Shown: in pieces, positions 34,713-36,178 of the stretch
How the letters are laid out: every line of letters starts with the position of its first letter
How positions within the stretch are numbered: the first letter of the stretch is position 1
Virus record (IMG/VR): IMGVR_UViG_3300036794_000132
Location: 1-36,178 of that record
From: a virus
Taxonomy: Duplodnaviria; Caudoviricetes
Direction: 5' to 3' (one strand)
Length of the DNA stretch: 36,178 nt
Program-made: the position numbers and the translations under genes
Notes under the pieces: generated by a model
Seen by the model: the letters and a program-made list of their open reading frames with translations, nothing else
Told to the model about the DNA's origin: nothing
Databases searched by the model: none

Positions 34713-34732
34713 AATAGAGAGGTAAAATTACT

Positions 34733-36178
34733 ATGAAGAGAGTGGCAATCTATGTTCGAGTCTCAACTCTCAATCAAGCTGAGGAAGGTTATTCAATTTC
34801 TGAACAAACCGACAAATTAAAAGCATATTGCGTTGCAAAGGGCTGGGCTGTTGCTGAAATATACACCGATGCAGGATTCACTGGTTCAAATATTGATAGA
34901 CCCGGGATGCAGCAACTTATAAATGATATATCAGTACAAAAATTTGACACAGTACTTATTTACAAATTAGATCGACTATCTCGGAGCGTTCGTGACACTC
35001 TTTACCTTGCAAAAGATGTATTTGCAAAAAATAATATTGACTTTGTATCATTAAGTGAAAACATAGATACATCTTCTGCAATGGGTGGTTTATTCCTAAC
35101 AATATTGTCAGCAATATCTGAATTTGAGCGTGAAACGATCAAAGAAAGAATGCAGCTCGGGAAATTAGGCCGTGCAAAATCTGGAAAATCTATGATGTGG
35201 TCTAGAACAGCTTTCGGTTATTTGCATAATACTGATACGGGAGTTCTTGAGATTGAGCCATTACAAGCAGAGGTTGTAAAACAAATCTTCCAAGAATATC
35301 TAAATGGCATGTCCATAACTAAACTACGAGATAAATTAAATTCAGAAGGGCACACTGGAAAAGATAAGCCTTGGTCATATAGAGCACTAAGAGCGACACT
35401 TGCTAATCCTGTTTATACTGGCAAAGTTAAATATAACAATCAAATATTTGACGGACTACACCAAGCGATAATAAGCCCTGAATTATTCCAAGCTGTACAA
35501 TCCGAGTTAGAAATTAGACAGAAGGAAGCATATCAGAAAAATAATAATCCGCGACCATTTCAGTCAAAATATATTTTATCTGGAATTGCAAAATGCGGCT
35601 ATTGTAAAACACCACTCCAAGTAATACTGGGGTCTGTTCGAAAAGATGGATCTAGAGATATTAAATATCAATGCAAAAATAGATTTCCCCGGAAAACTAA
35701 AGGGGTAACCATATATAATGACAATAAAAAATGTGATTCCGGCTTTTATTATATGAGTGATATTGAAGCGGAAGTTATTGACCAGATTTCTCTTCTACAG
35801 TTAAATAACGGTGCTTTAGAAAATCTAATATCTATAAACTCTGAACCGGTTATTGATACAACTGAGTTCGAAAAACAACTGATAAATATCGATAACAAAA
35901 TAAAAAGATTATCCGACCTATACATTAACGATATGATTTCTCTTGATGAAATGAAGCAAAGAAGTGAGAACTTGAAAAAAGACAGGGATGCTTTAAAAGT
36001 CAAAATAACATCATCTAATAAAACCAGCACCACTGATCGACTTAAAGCCGCAAGAAAGTTGATTGGGAATAAGCCTATTGAAAGCTTAAGCTATGAGCAA
36101 CAGAAGAATATCATCAATCGAATAATTAGTCGCGTATATGTTACAGCTGAGACTGTTGATATTACATGGAGCCTATAA
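34733..36178 (+). CDS. int: Large serine recombinase (integrase)
   Basis: YVRVST catalytic Ser, KLDRLSR, FERETIKER, NPVYTG, zinc ribbon CGYC...C...C, coiled coil. Confidence 0.97.
   Translation: MKRVAIYVRVSTLNQAEEGYSISEQTDKLKAYCVAKGWAVAEIYTDAGFTGSNIDRPGMQQLINDISVQKFDTVLIYKLDRLSRSVRDTLYLAKDVFAKNNIDFVSLSENIDTSSAMGGLFLTILSAISEFERETIKERMQLGKLGRAKSGKSMMWSRTAFGYLHNTDTGVLEIEPLQAEVVKQIFQEYLNGMSITKLRDKLNSEGHTGKDKPWSYRALRATLANPVYTGKVKYNNQIFDGLHQAIISPELFQAVQSELEIRQKEAYQKNNNPRPFQSKYILSGIAKCGYCKTPLQVILGSVRKDGSRDIKYQCKNRFPRKTKGVTIYNDNKKCDSGFYYMSDIEAEVIDQISLLQLNNGALENLISINSEPVIDTTEFEKQLINIDNKIKRLSDLYINDMISLDEMKQRSENLKKDRDALKVKITSSNKTSTTDRLKAARKLIGNKPIESLSYEQQKNIINRIISRVYVTAETVDITWSL

Larger units (their letters stand above)
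269..36178. mobile_element. Temperate siphovirus prophage with large serine integrase, inserted in comGC
   Basis: Full modular gene order: integrase, immunity, replication, packaging, head, tail, lysis. Confidence 0.97.

Noticed and set aside
1-36178. CRISPR array, tRNA, IS element, reverse transcriptase/DGR
   Set aside because: No repeat-spacer pattern, cloverleaf, transposase or RT motif seen by eye.

Overview
An almost complete ~36 kb temperate siphophage (TP901-1/P335-like layout) from a low-GC lactic acid bacterium, most likely a Lactococcus (inferred from the ComGC sequence and gene order). It is integrated into the competence pseudopilin gene comGC, whose 5'-truncated remnant lies at 1-276. 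The large serine integrase ends exactly at the right edge, so the second att site is outside the window. Reading the minus strand from right to left: cro, early/replication genes (RecT, replisome organiser, RusA-like), Dam-type MTase, LemA cassette, ArpU/RinA activator, ParB-MTase, packaging, head, tail, lysis, and an AbiF/AbiD-type HEPN defence gene with an upstream small RNA. The lysogeny module (cI, ImmA, accessory genes, integrase) is on the plus strand. The most unusual signals are non-coding: (i) a ~220-nt, heavily base-paired intergenic RNA candidate between recT and the replication initiator; (ii) a dispersed family of 'extended -10 promoter, hairpin, terminator' micro-units, mostly antisense to the leaders of key genes, two of which share 17 identical nt; (iii) an AbiF toxin plus ncRNA unit. 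Also visible are two -1 frameshift sites, an internal start in the endolysin, a repeat-flanked two-gene insert in the tail operon, and a gene truncated by a 10-nt tandem duplication. All calls come from reading the sequence by eye; no database searches or folding programs were run.
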